NCBI RefSeq assembly: GCF_001194135.2
Contig: NC_068984.1
Location: forward strand, 31,338,172 to 31,402,171
From: Octopus bimaculoides
Lineage: Eukaryota
Direction of reading: 5' to 3'
Length of the DNA stretch: 64,000 nucleotides
Shown: positions 26,262 to 40,847 of the stretch, piece by piece
How the letters are laid out: every line of letters starts with the position of its first letter
Numbering within the stretch: the stretch's first letter is position 1
Made by a program: the position numbers and the translations under genes
The notes under the pieces: generated by a model
The model's input: only the letters and a program-made list of their open reading frames with translations
The model's database searches: none
Told to the model about the DNA's origin: nothing

Positions 26262-27210
26262 AATGCAAGGTCCAATATTAGCAGGTACATCTCCAATCTA
26301 TCAGCCAATAAAGACACTTTTGAAAAAGCTGCCCCATACTATAATGCTGCATTAAGAAGGAATAACTTTAGGAATAGTATAAAATACATGTAACCAAATG
26401 TAGATTGACCATGAAGACGCAGACAGGAAAATCTTATGGTTCAAATGAGCTTATAGCATAAATGTACCCACTAACGCAGCTAGGAAATTCTTAGAATTAA
26501 TAGACAATCACATCCCACATTCATACAAATACCATAAGATCTTCAATAGTAACACTGCTATAGTTAGCTATAATTGCCTCCCCAATGTAGAGTTGATAAC
26601 ACTCAACCACAATAACAATAAACTGACCAGCAATAGCCTTAAAAGACGCTGTAACTGTAGATTTCTGGACTGCTGTCCTCTAACTAATAGCTGTCTGGAA
26701 AAAAGAACTTATATGCAAGTCTAAAATCATAGATCTCAACAAAAAAAACAAAGATGCATACCAGAATGACGGGCAACTCATTCAAGGAAAGATACACACA
26801 ACACCTGACGTCATTCAGAGATAAAAATAAAAGACAAACGATGTCCCTATCCAATATGATATGGGCATTGAAAGAAGGAGAAGTAAACAATCCCAACATA
26901 GCATGAAGCATCATTGTTAAAGCCAGAAAATATAGAGGACATGGTACCAAATGTGAGCTCTGTATCACTGAAAGGCTAAATATCATAAAGTCCACAGATA
27001 GTATATTAAATATAAGGGATGAAACCTCTTGCTGCATACAGAAGCAATATTTAACACTCCAGTATTTCAAAGGGGAACCATCACCCACTCTGCCAAGATA
27101 GTTTCTCTCCTTGAACATGACCATTGAATATATACAACACACGAACTCTATACATGGAAGATATATGTCCCCTTGATGAACTCTCCCAACATACAGACAT
27201 ACGAAAATTA
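26262..27210 (+). pseudogene. Penelope-like retroelement 3' part: thumb, linker, near-complete GIY-YIG domain and 3' UTR
   Basis: NISRYISNLSANKDTFEKAAPYYNAAL; RKILWF...KFLELIDNHIP...HKIFNSNT; CNC...CPL...CL; FKERYTQHLTSF...LSNMIWALK...KCELCITERLNII...LNIRDE. Stops and frameshifts present. Confidence 0.85.
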
Positions 27211-28031
27211 CACATACTTAGAATATATATGATATAATGTAAACAAATTCATCATCCAGCACAGTTTTGCTTCCCGAAAATCAAACCCAAGTGATATAGT
27301 CACTCAAAAGAGGACACCCATCAGTAGCGCCCTTTGATTTCTTGTTTTCTTTATGAGACTTTATTGTGAATTCCCAAGAACTTTCGTGTTTTCATCCAAA
27401 ATGGAGGCAAACAACATTCCTCCATGTGATCACCTTGAAAAATTAAGATATTAAGATATCTTCTTAACATTAAACCAATGATAGCCTTAATACACAATTA
27501 TATATATGCATAGTTACATGTACAGGCATGGTTGTCTGATTAAAATTTGTTTCACAACTATATGGATTTTAAGTTCATGCCCACTTCAAGTATGTTACGA
27601 AACTGTCTTCTTGTATAATCTTGAGTTAGTTAAAACATTGTCAGTGAATTTGCTGGATGAAACCTCTATTAAAGCTTATTGTGCATAGGAGTGCATTTGT
27701 GTGAGTGAGTATGTGTGGGTCTGAGTTTATATCCTAGCATTTAACAACTAGAATTGGTTTATTTACATAACTATAACTTATGAGTTCTGCAGACACCAAT
27801 AACGTATAGACAGAAAATTTTAAATTTGTAAGTGTTGAGAGATTTGATAAAGTAAATCTTTCAATGTGCCATTTCAGCATGACCAAAACCCCAAACCTGA
27901 AACAAATGTCAATGAATCTGTAGGTGTGTGTATGTCTGTGTATGCAAGTTGATTCATAGGTGTATGAAAATCTATATCTGAATTTCTCTTGTAGCTACAT
28001 TTATGTGTGTATTTATGACTCCATAAAATAA

Positions 28032-28070
<39 letters not shown>

Positions 28071-28184
28071 NNNNNNNNNNNNNNNNNNNNNNNNNNNNNN
28101 NNNNNNNNNNNNNNNNNNNNNNNNNNNNNNNNNNNNNNNNNNNNNNNNNNNNNNNNNNNNNNNNNNNNNNNNNNNNNNNNNNNN
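28071..28184. other. Assembly gap within TA/CA/GA microsatellites
   Basis: N run. Confidence 0.99.
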
Positions 28185-28896
28185 ATATATATATATATAT
28201 ATATAGAAAGAGAGAGAGAGAGAGAGAGAGAAAGCGAGAGAGAGAGAAAGCGAGAGAGAGAGAATGAGATAAATAAATAGACAGATAGATAAAGAGGGAA
28301 GGAGAACAAGAGACACAGACAGACAGGTAAACAGATTGATAGTGAGATAGAAAGATTGATTGATATAAATATTTATATACATACATATAGTTATAGATAT
28401 ATGTATAGATTAGATATTGATAGTTATCTACAAATATATATATATATATGTGTAAGTATGTATAACTATTATCAGTACTATCATTGTCATTATTATCAAT
28501 ATTATATAAGATATGTGTTAGTATTATTTTGCTTAAATATCAATATGTCTGCTTATTGATAGCATTTAGCTTGCAATTTTATGGCTCTTTTGTGAGAGGT
28601 GTGATGCTTGGATACTGTTACATCCATAACATGGTTATTTACATGGTACTGTTCAAAGTAATAAAATCCTCGATTTTCTTCAGGCAATAAAATCTTCATG
28701 CAAATAAAGGCTGTTAACTGTCTAACTACAAATAGCCATATACAAGATGAAAGTATTATAATCAAAGTATCAGAAGTTCAGTGACAAACTGGCCTGGAAG
28801 AACGAGGGAATATATCTTTAGACAAACTCCTCATTTATGCATAGAAATTATTTACACACACACACACACACGTACGCATGCATGCACACACACACG

Positions 28897-28937
<41 letters not shown>

Positions 28938-28987
28938 CACACACACACATACATACATACAAATAAATACATATGCATACATATACA

Positions 28988-29031
<44 letters not shown>

Positions 29032-31083
29032 TTTATGTGTGTACATATATATATACGTATATATATGTGTGTATACATATATGTATATATACGTGTATAT
29101 ATATGTGTGTGTGTGTGTATGTATATACATAAGCATATATATATGGATACACTAAAATATACTTGGAAGTGCACCTATGTAAATTATAAATATATATATA
29201 TTTGGTATTTAATATGCAGGCACACACACACAAACATAAACATAAGCACAGACACCCACAGACACAGACACACACACACACCAACATAAGTGTGTGTGCA
29301 TGTATATACAACTATCTGTACGTCTTGTACATGTAAATTGTACATGTAAATTTATTCATAGGCCTGAAAATATGTGTTCATATATAAAATACTTAGCATA
29401 TCACTTATAATGGCCAATCCAGTCAACGAACAATATTATGGGTTAGTTGAACTAGACAAATTTGCTAGTTTTATATTGGAATGTCTCTAAATAATGACCA
29501 TACATCATGCGTGACCAGTATATGCACAATTCGATATACTGACTTTATAACATCTCATTAACAATGTTAAATACTTGTTGCAACAATAGTAGATGTGCTT
29601 TGCATTTATTCTGTATGTATGTAATATTAAAAGTTCTTTGAAGCTGATAGCCATTTTAGTGCAATCTCTGCATTAAGGGAACGTCTTTGTGTCATTTGAT
29701 TCGTTAGAAATAGCAGTCAAATCTCCTTCAATCAAATTCTGCTCCCTTAAATAAAGAAAGATGCAATGTAAGTGCACTGGACTTGATATCTTTAAAAAAA
29801 GGGATAACCAGAGTTGATTTCTGACAAAGCAATAACGATTTCTGTGCCATTCAACCTGATAACCCTCAGTTGTTTCTTTCACGTTTTAATTTCTCAAGAC
29901 TTAACATGAAGCCACTTCGTTGATACAATACTCCTACTTGTTTCGGGGGGTTTTGTGAGGCACACTGTAATCTCACTAGTGCTGGTACCATGATAAACAT
30001 AATGTGTAAAGTAGATGGGGGTCAGGAGAGATATGTGGCTATAGAATCTACACCAAAGCAAGAGACTAGGTCACACAACTGTCCCCTGATGCACTAGTTT
30101 CTGCTGAAACAACCAGCAGAATAGAAGAGAGATTTTAAAATATGAGGATGATGGCGATGACGATAATGATGTTAGGGAGGTGAAAGCCACCTTTTTACCA
30201 CTGTCACTGCCACTACAATTGACAGTAGTGATGGTGATATCAGCAAAAATGATAATGATATCAACAAGAATGGCCATGATATAGTACGTCAATGAATAAA
30301 GGAATTCCAGCTGTTACTTATTATTCTTTCCTAGTATTTCTAGGACTGCATTATCTATTATGCCTTTCCTTGTTTTTGTAAATTATTAGGTTGTGATTTG
30401 AAGGAAGCTGATGTCTATTTTTTAACTGGTCATGTGACCATGCCAAGGCTCCTTCATGTGTTATTTGAGTTTGCTATGAAATGAAAGTGCAATGCACACT
30501 GAAAACAGTTTTACATGTTAAAGTTATTTTTGAACAAATGTATTGGGAAATCTTTCTCATGTAACATTGTGTCATTTGGTGCAAACTCATGAGCTTATTT
30601 TATACAATAACTCATTAAATTTTAATTATTCTGAGATGTTGCCAGCAAAAGAAACAATAGTTAATTTAGTGCCAGCATATTTCATGTAATGAGATTCAAA
30701 AATCAAATTAGAAATAATTATGCTGTGGGGAAATATTAATATTAGCTCAATGGTTAATATTGTACTAATTTTGATATGAATGGGAGACAACTCAAAGCAG
30801 GTTTCCATACAAAGGAGCAGTAGTTTTCAATTATTTCATTAGCCTGCAGCTGTGTCTTACATTTCTTCTGTGATTCTGGAAAATAATTTTGGCATATCAA
30901 TCAATTCTTTTCTTCCATTGTATCAGTGCCTGAATAATAGTAATTTTTGGTGCATCGAAATCCATTAATGTTTTAAGATCCTCTAATCACACACACAAGT
31001 AGCTTTCAACTCTACAAGTTGATTTACTTCTAATTTTTGATCATGAAGTGAGATTTTCAGTGAGTGTGGCACAAAGTCAAGAG

Positions 31084-31373
31084 TGTAAATCCCTTTGTAA
31101 TCAGGTGCATTTAGTTTAGGTGTGTCAGATTAAGGTCATATGTTTATTAGTATAGAAATTTGGTCGCTTTTGTGTTTTAGGGTTTCCATAATGTATGTTA
31201 GTTGTAGAAAAGGTTAGTTGGTCAACAGATGTCTGTCTGAGGTAGATTGATTGCTGATCTTATTTGATTAGAAATGTATAAATATAACCTCTTCGTGTGT
31301 TTTTGTGTACAAATTTCTATGCTTAAAATCTCATGACCTAAACTAGATATACCTGATTACAAAGTAATTTACA
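31084..31373. mobile_element. Putative MITE (about 290 bp) with 38-bp imperfect TIRs
   Basis: 31084-31121 TGTAAATCCCTTTGTAATCAGGTGCATTTAGTTTAGGT versus the reverse complement of 31336-31373, TGTAAATTACTTTGTAATCAGGTATATCTAGTTTAGGT (33/38). Confidence 0.55.
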
Positions 31374-33823
31374 TGATCGACTCAACTTTGAATGATAACC
31401 CAAATTCCAATTTAAGCAATGAAATCTTCCAGTAATAACTTTCCACCAGTACTCACTTACAAACACACTCACTACAATCTACTATCCCTATATCTGTACA
31501 TCTACTTCCCAGATGTGATTATGCCTGGCCTAATTATCATTTCACATAGCTTCACTTACCTCAGAGAAACAACTTACCAGAAATTGTATAAGGTCTAGAA
31601 GAATCCAAGGGTATCATAGTATGAAGGTTAATAGGCTGAAACTTTGAAGTTAATGCCACCCCTTTCTTCTAAAAGTATGATAAATATGTACTTATAGGTA
31701 CTCTACAAAAAGTACTGTGTAATACTTCAGTTTAATGTTAATCTTTTTTTTTTTTAGAACATTTGTTCTTGTGCTTATGCACGCACATAATAAAATAATC
31801 TAGCAGATGGTACACGTTATGATTTTTACTACTTGATTTACAGAATAAGTGAATAAATGAGTAAATGAATAAATGCTTAGAGAAAAGACTGTACAATAAT
31901 ACATTCTGAACAAGTGAAGGCTAAACATCTGTGAATCAAATAAAATCATTGCAAAAAAAAAAATTCACATTAATTACAACCTGTATGTTAGTTAACATTT
32001 CCCTGTGAGTATTAATAGTCAATGGGTGCTCAAGTATTATGATGGACAAATATTTTGTACAAATGAAATTATATGTGATCACTGAATTTTTGACTTGTGG
32101 ATCTGAAAATATAATTCTGGTGTAGATTTCAAGAGGTTTGTAAATTTGCTAATTCAAGTATGCACTGCAGTTAACATAGCACTAAATTTTAAGATTTTAT
32201 TTGACATTTATTACCTTCACATTAAAAAACATTGCACAAAATAAAAGTATATTATACTTTTTGCATGCAGTTTCATTTCATTTATGTACTACCTTCAGAA
32301 CATATGTTTCCATATGCACACACCATATTCAGCTCGACAAGAGCATTGTTGGTTACATACAGATTATTTGGTATTACTGCTTTATCTGTAAAGCAGTTTC
32401 ATACTTCATGATGTAACGGTTTTCTATATTCATTTTAGTATTTAAACTATTGATTAGTGTACTGATGAGAACACATTGATACTATCATATGAACTGCTGA
32501 AATAACAGTCAAATCTTGTTTTAGTCACATTGTATTGTCCTAAAAATAGGATTTATTAAAGCCTTTGTTACATGATACCTGAAGAAAGATGAGATGGTAA
32601 TAGTCAAAATAAATTTTATTATAGGTTTGCTACATACAGGAAAGTTAAACTAGAACCTAAATAACTGTACTTTTGTTTGTAAGTAACTTATGCAATTGCA
32701 CAACACTTAAGAAATGACCAGCAAGCATCAGCCAAAGTGTCGCTAGCAATGAAACATCTTGATGCAGTGAGTGATGGAAAATACTGCAAGAATCATGATC
32801 TCAGGTTCAGAAATCTATGATGTTAAAGCAAGCAATAGGATACGAGGAAACTAGTAATGATCTCTTTTCCCTAATTAGTAAGTATAAATAGTTCAGAAAT
32901 GGAATAAACTGGAATACTGTGAGAAAGTGGAATCCTTTATGAAAGAAAAGTTTTTCAGAAATATTTGACATTTCCTCTTTCTTATGGTGAACTAGATTAT
33001 TTTTGATTACAGCTGTTTATAAATTAATATGTGAATTTTTAGTTAATAAATTATAACATGATGCTGCACCACTCTTTTGAATATTTATCAGTCATATTGA
33101 AAAATACATTAGCAAAAACTCTGAAATTAATGAGAAATATACTGAAGGGTCATTCGTTTAGTCAGAATAGTAACCAAATCTCTTTAAAAAATGGAAGTTA
33201 AATTGAATAATGTAGTCCTAGATACACTGTCTAAAAATTTAACAGCAATGTTGTTGCACTCATCATCTGCAAAACATATAACCATCACTGGCACAGGAAT
33301 CTTCTGACACAACTGTCTATTTATGTCTCTCATCCTTTTGAAGACAATAGGATGCAATTCTTAGGAGAACACACTGCTATTTCTAATAGAGTGAGTGAGT
33401 ACATAGCTACCTTAGGAGTCGATTGGAACCATCCATCTCTCACTAACCAATAAACATTTTTAAATTCTCGAAATATTGGGAAGAAAGCTGCCAATATCTT
33501 ATGTTCCATAAGACGTTGAGCAGTGTGGGTTTTAATGAAAATGAAATACCAAAAATGAAAAACAAATCAGACAAATCAAAACTAAAACTGAATAAATAAA
33601 TAATATATAACACTTAATCAATTAGTCAATTATTCAGTGATTACATCTGCTTATAGCAGAGTGGCATTGACACATGGTTTTCAATAACACTATTGTTAAT
33701 GCTATATCGAGCTCTCTCTGTCTCTGTTTCTTAATCTCTCCCTGTCTCTATCATTTTAAATATATTTTCTTGTAGCTATTTATACTACTTTTTCACACTC
33801 GTATGCATATGCATATATATATA

Positions 33824-33825
<2 letters not shown>

Positions 33826-33890
<65 letters not shown>
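33826..33890. repeat. (CA)n microsatellite
   Basis: Direct inspection. Confidence 0.95.
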
Positions 33891-33898
<8 letters not shown>

Positions 33899-34264
33899 TA
33901 AGTCATTGAAAAGCCAACCAGAATACAACAATGGAAGAAGAGTAGCACACAAATCAATTGGTTTTAAAATATTAGTTTCAAATTTTGGCACAAGGCCAGC
34001 AAGTAACATGGTAAGACAATTACATTGATCCCAGTGCTCAACTAATAATATTTCATTGGTCCCCGAAACGATGTAAAGCAAAGCCTATCCCTGTAGAATT
34101 TGAACTAAAACTGGTTTTAAAATGTTAATAATAAGCATATCTGTAAGTTCACCTAATTTAAAATATCCTTTTGTTTATAAACCACTTCTTGTTTAGAGTT
34201 TACTAGAACTTACAATTACATAAATGATACGGACATAGAAATCATTATACATGCAAGAAAAACT

Positions 34265-34980
34265 GTTCTCCAATGCAAATCTTAACTGGGTCAAAAGACG
34301 AGGTCCCAAAGTTCATTAGACATCAATATGGAGGAATTTAATTGATAGATGCAGATATATGTGGCATTGCTGTTATGTACATACTAGACATACAAAATAA
34401 GAAACTTACTACATCAAACAGAGTTGTGTACACATGTTAGACCTGTTATTTCTCAAATTGTATATAGGCATACACTAACTTCTTTAGGAAATAACCCACT
34501 AAGTACATTTACAAATTTCAATCTAGAACTAAATATAACCATTAATTTGAGGCTGATCGTCTTCCAAGATGTCACTCACTGCGGGCAAATAAAAACAGTG
34601 CAGGAAACGAAGCCAAATGGTAAATTTACATATGTTTTTTATTAAATCTTTTGTCCTACATACATAGTTTTAAATGACCTTACATGTGATATATGAAGAA
34701 CGACCGCCAGCTACTTTTCAAAGAAAGACACCATTGACAATAACAAGGCTATTTCCTATTATAATAGTGCTACAGCAAATAGCAGTTACAAAAATAAAAT
34801 TTGCTCACAACTCCAATTCCCTCCTATCCCATACTAAAAATAGAAACTGCAGCATCATACAATTAATACTTCCTGTTTTTAATGACGTTAAAACTAGTAT
34901 TGGTGAATATTTCATAATCCAGAACAATAGCATATGAAGCAGAAGTCAAGTCTGTGAAACTCAGTGGAAGTTTAGAGCAC
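34265..34980 (+). pseudogene. Very degenerate Penelope-like RT/thumb fragment
   Basis: Piecewise translation WVKR...DINM...DADICGIAVMYILD; NLRLIVFQDVT...KPNG; AISYYNSATANSSYKNKI; AYEAEV parallels the PLE consensus WVKK..FDV.MG...AEVCELVGLYIL / NLKIVNFLDVT..KPN / A.YYN.AL..SGY. Confidence 0.55.
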
Positions 34981-35924
34981 ACATACTATACAAGCTTAAA
35001 AGCTGCCTTATCGGGTGGCTTTTAAGCTAGCTCCTAGGGAGGATTCTTCGTTAGGCCCTGGGCCCAACAATGACACTTCATGCCTTGAGTACATATTAAA
35101 TTTTATTAAACTTGAACAACTTGGACAATAGTCTTCAAGCAATGAACAATTTTCATAAAAATAATGATATTTGTAGATTTGGAATTTATTTTAAAGCTGC
35201 ATGATAAAAAACAGTATCATCAGCATCACTCCCACATCTGCTATACACACATCATTCAGCCTTTTTATGATGGTGATGGGGTGATAGTAATAGTATGAGC
35301 TGTAGCTGTGTTAGAGGTGGTGGTGGTGGTGGTGGTGGTAGCCAAGGTGGTCAGGGATGATGGTGAGAGTAAGCAATGTGAAAGACAGTGGTGATGGTGG
35401 TGGAGAGGAAGGCGGCAAAGGTAACGATGTGGTGGGGATGGTGTTGGTACTAAGAAAATGAATTTAGTGTTCAGTCTCTATTTCTCTCTCTCTTATTATT
35501 ACTCCCACTGCCACCATCAACAGTAGAAGTATCGTTGAACAGTGAGAGAGGGAGCCAAAGTGTGACACTGACACACAGAAATTAGTTTTCACATTTATTA
35601 TATTAGATGGGAATGACAAAGGGAAAATTCACATAACGCAATTATAATCATATTTCATCCTTCATGCTTGCTATAAATAAAGCACAACAGCTTGTGAAGC
35701 TCTATCTAGCACTTAAAAGGATACAACACTGTTTTTTACATTAAATGGAAGATCCTAATATGAAGTAGTCTCAATGTAATGCAATTTATGCTCTGAGGGA
35801 AAGAGCTTCTTATTCAAAGTACCTAAAACTCAGGGAATCAGTGGTCAATTCTGGAGTGAATTCTGAAAATTAACTCTACCACTAGATCAAATCTAACAAT
35901 ATTTGTACCAGATTATTATCATTA

Positions 35925-36262
35925 TAATGGCACCGACTGGCAGAACCGTTTGCATGCCAGGTAACATGTTTAGTGGCATTTCATCTGTCTTTACACTCTA
36001 AGTTGGAATTCCACCAAAGTCAACTTTGCCTTTCATCCTTTCGGGGTCAATAAAATAAGTACCAGCTGAGCTCTGCCAAATTAGACTGGAGCCTGGTGTT
36101 GCCATCCGGTTTCACCAGTCCTCAGTCAAATCGTCCAACCCATGCTAGCATGGAAAGCGGACGTTAAACGACGATGATGATGATGATGATGAGCTCCAGG
36201 GTCGATGTAATCGACTGATTGCCTCCCCCAAATTGCTGGCTTCGTGCCAAAATTTGAAACCA
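35925..36262 (+). mobile_element. tRNA-SINE (3301 family) interrupted by a nested RTE-tail insertion
   Basis: The SINE halves join seamlessly at TGAGCT when 36073-36195 is removed. Confidence 0.85.
36073..36189 (+). mobile_element. Short 5'-truncated RTE-type retrocopy with (GAT)n tail
   Basis: TSD TGAGCT at 36067-36072 and 36190-36195. Near-identical to 116-235. Confidence 0.92.
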
Positions 36263-36893
36263 AAATTGATAGTGGACTTTTTTTATACTATTCTTTACAT
36301 GTATTTTATTTAATAATATCATTCTTGATCTAAAAATACATTTTGCTTACATTTAGCAATTTCCCTCCTAAGGAGCTGATATTTTACATCACTATCATAT
36401 TTTGTATTAGCACATACGTAAGACGAACATAGTACCACTGACAGGTTTGAGCATACAGCAGTAAGCCATTAAAATTGTCATTTTTTACCATAAAACAGTT
36501 GAAATATTTAAGAAATGATGACATGCCAACTTTTATAGGCTGTGATTATATCATTTAATGGTTCGCAAAGCTCAGCACTTTAGTATGTTTGCCAAAAAAT
36601 ATTACATTACAGTAAATTGAATATGTTAGACACAGTTTCATTATTACAAAAGACGACCATGCAAATGATTTTGACTCATTCCCTAATGTAACTATTTGTG
36701 TAAACACAAGCATCACACGGTGTAGGATTAAAACGTCACTTTCACAAGTACTTTAGGCTGTGTTTGATCCCAATGCGGCCACCTTGAATAAATGTGTTTT
36801 AGTATAGTTTCAGCTTAACCAATACATTGTGAGTGGTATTTAGTATCTCAAACTTGGTTTGGAATTTGTTGCTCCCCACAACATGCATATGTA

Positions 36894-36926
<33 letters not shown>

Positions 36927-38006
36927 TGTTAAAGTTGTAAAGTATATAAACTGTTTCATGTCGGGCAAAAATTATCTAATATAAGACAATACCCTGGACA
37001 GAACAAATAGATATATGTCAAAATTTGAACGTCTCCCCTGAGTTTTGTCTGGACATTCCCAACACTTGGTTAGAAAGTGAGATTTACCATATTTATAAAG
37101 TTATGTGGACATTAACTGTGCATTGGTGAGTAGATTGTTGAATGCCAATGTAGATTCTTATTTATGATATAGGGACTCTATCTGAATTCCTTGTATATGT
37201 TACGTGGTCTCAAAACTTAAAGAATGAACAAAATCTAAATTCAAACAACTCGATATATCTAGTGACTACACTTCTATAAATGCAATACTGCTAAATAAGA
37301 TGCTAATATTTGTTATATATTCTATTCCAAATGGAGTCTTTGTTTTCTAAATTAGAGGGAGGTCTATATAGGGATGACAGTCTATTCCCTTTAGACAATC
37401 TTTTTTTTTTTCAAATAGTAAGTTAAATGATGTAACGTGTGTTTAAATCGAGCAGATAGACTAATTATTACACACACTACGTAAATTCATTAAGATATCT
37501 TTAAAGAGCATCTCTGTGGACGATTAAAGACATATATAAAAATGCTCTTTAAGATAATTTTCTTGGTAAAACCGTAGTTCAAAAACAAATAAATAGTTAC
37601 ATGATAAGGCACAACATGTAGATACAGCTTTGAATCAACTGTATGTTTTCCTTAATTTAAGGAAAAGTTTCGGTATGCTTTACAGATATTCTGTATACTT
37701 CGGTGTACTTTACAGATATTCTTTCAATAAAGTAGCTTCTTATATCAACGAAGGATTAAAATGAAGTGGGTATAAATATAAAATTAAATTAATGATACCA
37801 ATCTTCAGACAATTACCAGTAGAAAGCACAAAATCAATTAGTAGATGTCTCAATTAATTTCAGCGAAGGTGCGCCATTGTTAAGCATTTACTAAATAAAT
37901 AGGCATTTTCTGAAGAATCATAAATATAAAATTTTAAAATGAAAGGTTAAATTTAGCTTCAAAAGTACACAGAGTGTTCTTACTGAGATAGTAAGCGTCA
38001 ATATGT

Positions 38007-38217
38007 TTTTCTACTCTAGGCACAAGGCCCAAAAGTTTTGGGGAGGGGGTCAGTCGATTAGATCGACCCCAGTACGCAACTAGTACTTAACTTATCGACC
38101 CCAAAAAGATGAAAGGCAAAGTCGACCTCAAGGGAATTTGAACTCATAACGTAAAGACAAACAAAATACTGCTAACCATTTTGCCCGGCGTGCTAACATT
38201 TCTACCAGCTCACCGCC
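38007..38217 (-). mobile_element. tRNA-SINE (3301 family)
   Basis: The reverse complement begins AGGCGGTGAGCTGGTAGAAATGTTAGCACGCCGGGC. Confidence 0.9.
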
Positions 38218-38869
38218 TAGCATCAATATTAAAATCTTTAAATTGCTTTCTTCTTCTAATAGCTCCCACTCATATAACTTTTAACTACATAAATTATCAA
38301 TGAAATAAATTGTCTCTTGAAACTAGTAGTTTATAGTACAAAAGTGCAGTCGATAATTTATTTTGCAGAGATTAGAGTGGGTTACTGGTAAATAAATTTA
38401 AAGCATCTCCATTTCAAAATTCCGGAATGCTCTCGGGAAACAACTTTATTAAAATGCATTATGATCTATGAATAAGAAAAGTAGCGAGGGCTATAAACTG
38501 TTTAGAGTATGACATAGCATTCTAAAATTTATAACAGGGTAAACGATCATTGTAAACTTTGCTTCTTAATGTAAATATATTATGAATCCTTTTGTAATCA
38601 CAAATCAAAATATTTGTTAAAATACTTAGAAATACCTCTTAACGAAAAACACATGGTCGTGTAACATTTTTCCACACTTTAAAACATGAAAATTTTCCTT
38701 CAGTTGATGTTGATCAAAGGTCACTAATTTTGCCATTATCTATCAATACGACAAATAGAAGAATTACCCAGCTATATCAAAACCTATTATAGTGTTAACG
38801 TACACAGTGCATTTTTGTAATCGTCATGCATATAAATACAAACACATTTTCTTTTGCGTTCATTTACTA

Positions 38870-39671
38870 TTGGGTTGGCAACTAAGTTCCGTGTTTTTTT
38901 TAATTTTGGAATTTATTGCGTTTTTAAATTTTGGAATCTATTTTTTTCGAGAATTCTATTTTTGAATCATTTTGGAATCTATTTTGTTTGTTTTCTAGTT
39001 AATATTAGTTAATTTTTGTTTATTTTCAGATCATTAAAATGGAATGTCAAGTTAAGAAAAACGTGCATTTTCGACACCTCCTCCTTTTTGCTTTAAATCA
39101 AGGTTCTCAGGCCGCAAAAGCTGCTCACAACATTTGTGCTGTGTATCGAGAGAGTGCCATAGCTGAAAGAACTGCTTGTGATTGGTGTGCCAAGTTCAAA
39201 AATGGAAATTTTGACCTCAAAGGCGCACCTCGTTCTGGCCGTCCAGATAAAGAGCGATTAAACCAACTTTTGCTCGTCAAACGACAAGAGAACTGGCAGA
39301 GAAAATTGAATGCTCCCACATTGCTATAGAGAAGCCTCTTTACTCAATGGGAAAGGTTCAGAAGTATGGAGAATGGGTTCTGCATGCTTTAAGTGACAAC
39401 AACAAAAATCAACGCGCCACAATCCCCGCTGGTTTGCTTGCTCGTCACCGCTCAACTAATGGACACAAGCAATGATTTCTTTACCGAATCGTCACTAGCG
39501 ACATCAATATGAAGCAGCGTAAGGAATGGCTTAGCCCCGGTAAACAAGCGACACCGCGCGTGAAACAAGATCTTCATCCGCGTAAAACGATGTTGTGTGT
39601 ATGGTGGGACTGGGAAGAGATTATCCATTACGAATTGTTTGAACGGAACCAAACGGTCAACGCAGAACTGA
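38870..39671 (+). mobile_element. Mariner transposon, left TIR and 5' half, truncated
   Basis: TA followed by TTGGGTTGGCAACTAAGTTCC. Transposase MECQVKKNVHFRHLLLF...FKNGNFDLKGAPRSGRP; EWVLHAL; KTMLCVWWDWE. Frameshifts and a small deletion at the first catalytic D. Confidence 0.92.
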
Positions 39672-40200
39672 TCCCAGGCCTCTACCACCTTCGTTTCTTT
39701 TTAATCTGAGCCTGTCAACATTACTGTTTCAAGTTGTTGTCAGGATTTTGCGGGTTTTGATAACTATAGAGTGGATTTTCTCTACAGACCAATCAAGTAT
39801 CCCAAATGTTGAGGATCAGCACTAGTATTGCAAATGCATTATGGTATATTGTTTTGTTGTAAGAGGAGAGTTCCGACTGCCATATTTTCCTAAGTCTGGT
39901 GTAATATTCTTGGGTCACTATGTTTATTCACAGTGTTTTCATATGATACATTTACATTTATGCCTAGGTACTTATAACATTCTTTGTGTAGAATGAGAGA
40001 AATAGAGAGACCGTTGATGCACAGGTTTGGGGGACTGACTTTCTTCATTCTATAACCAAATATGAACATTTCTTTCGGCCAAATTCCATGCTTGTATCAG
40101 CTGAAAAGGTTGCTATTAATATCAGTTGCTTTTTGGCATTGTTAACACTTTTAGTATAAATCTTTAGGTCGTCTACAACGAAATTATGAGTTACACTGAT
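39672..40200 (-). pseudogene. R4-clade non-LTR RT fragment
   Basis: ISVTHNFVVDDLKIY...TFSADTSMEFGRKKC...YKYLG...KRNEGGRGL. Confidence 0.8.
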
Positions 40201-40847
40201 ATGTATGTATGTACGTATGTACGTACGTATGTACATATGTATACACAAATGTATGTATGCAGGTATGTATAAAGATATTACTCCGTTTTCTATCTTCCCC
40301 CAAAAGTAATAATAAATGAAGATATTTTTATCTTCTTAAACGGTTCATCAGAAAATAATTATACTTTAATTATGTAGATAGGCAATTCTGAAAATTCGAA
40401 ACATATGTGAATGTAATATAGTTAGAAACAACATACGAGTCTTCAGTGGACAACAACATAAATCAAATAAGTGAAATAAAGACTGAAGAAAATAAAGGTA
40501 ATTGATACAGAAAGGAAGACAGTGCAATAAATTTATTGTACATTCAAATCGTGACAATCAAAACCACATAATTAAGATGCGACTGAGGTTAGAATAAATA
40601 AATAAAGAATGATATGCAAATAATTTTTATAAAATGTTATACCAGATACATAATTTCTGTAGTAGTACTCACGCAAGCACATTGTGTATGTAAACATTAT
40701 ACACATTTATTTATGTGTGTATTTGTATGTGTTTATATATGTGTGTGCGTATATATGTATATATATATATATGTATGTATATATACACATATATATATAC
40801 ATATATATGTACATATTTTCGTACATACATACTTACATACCAAATGT

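Noticed and set aside
34993-35028. 11-bp hairpin AGCTTAAAAGC/GCTTTTAAGCT (and a 9-bp one at about 25616-25638) as terminator or Helitron end
   Set aside because: Too short, no CTRR or partner terminus, and Rho-independent terminators are irrelevant in this eukaryotic context.
35220-35460. GC-richer (GGT/GAT) stretch, and the similar one at 30130-30300, as coding sequence
   Set aside because: Degenerate trinucleotide low-complexity sequence without splice or homology support.
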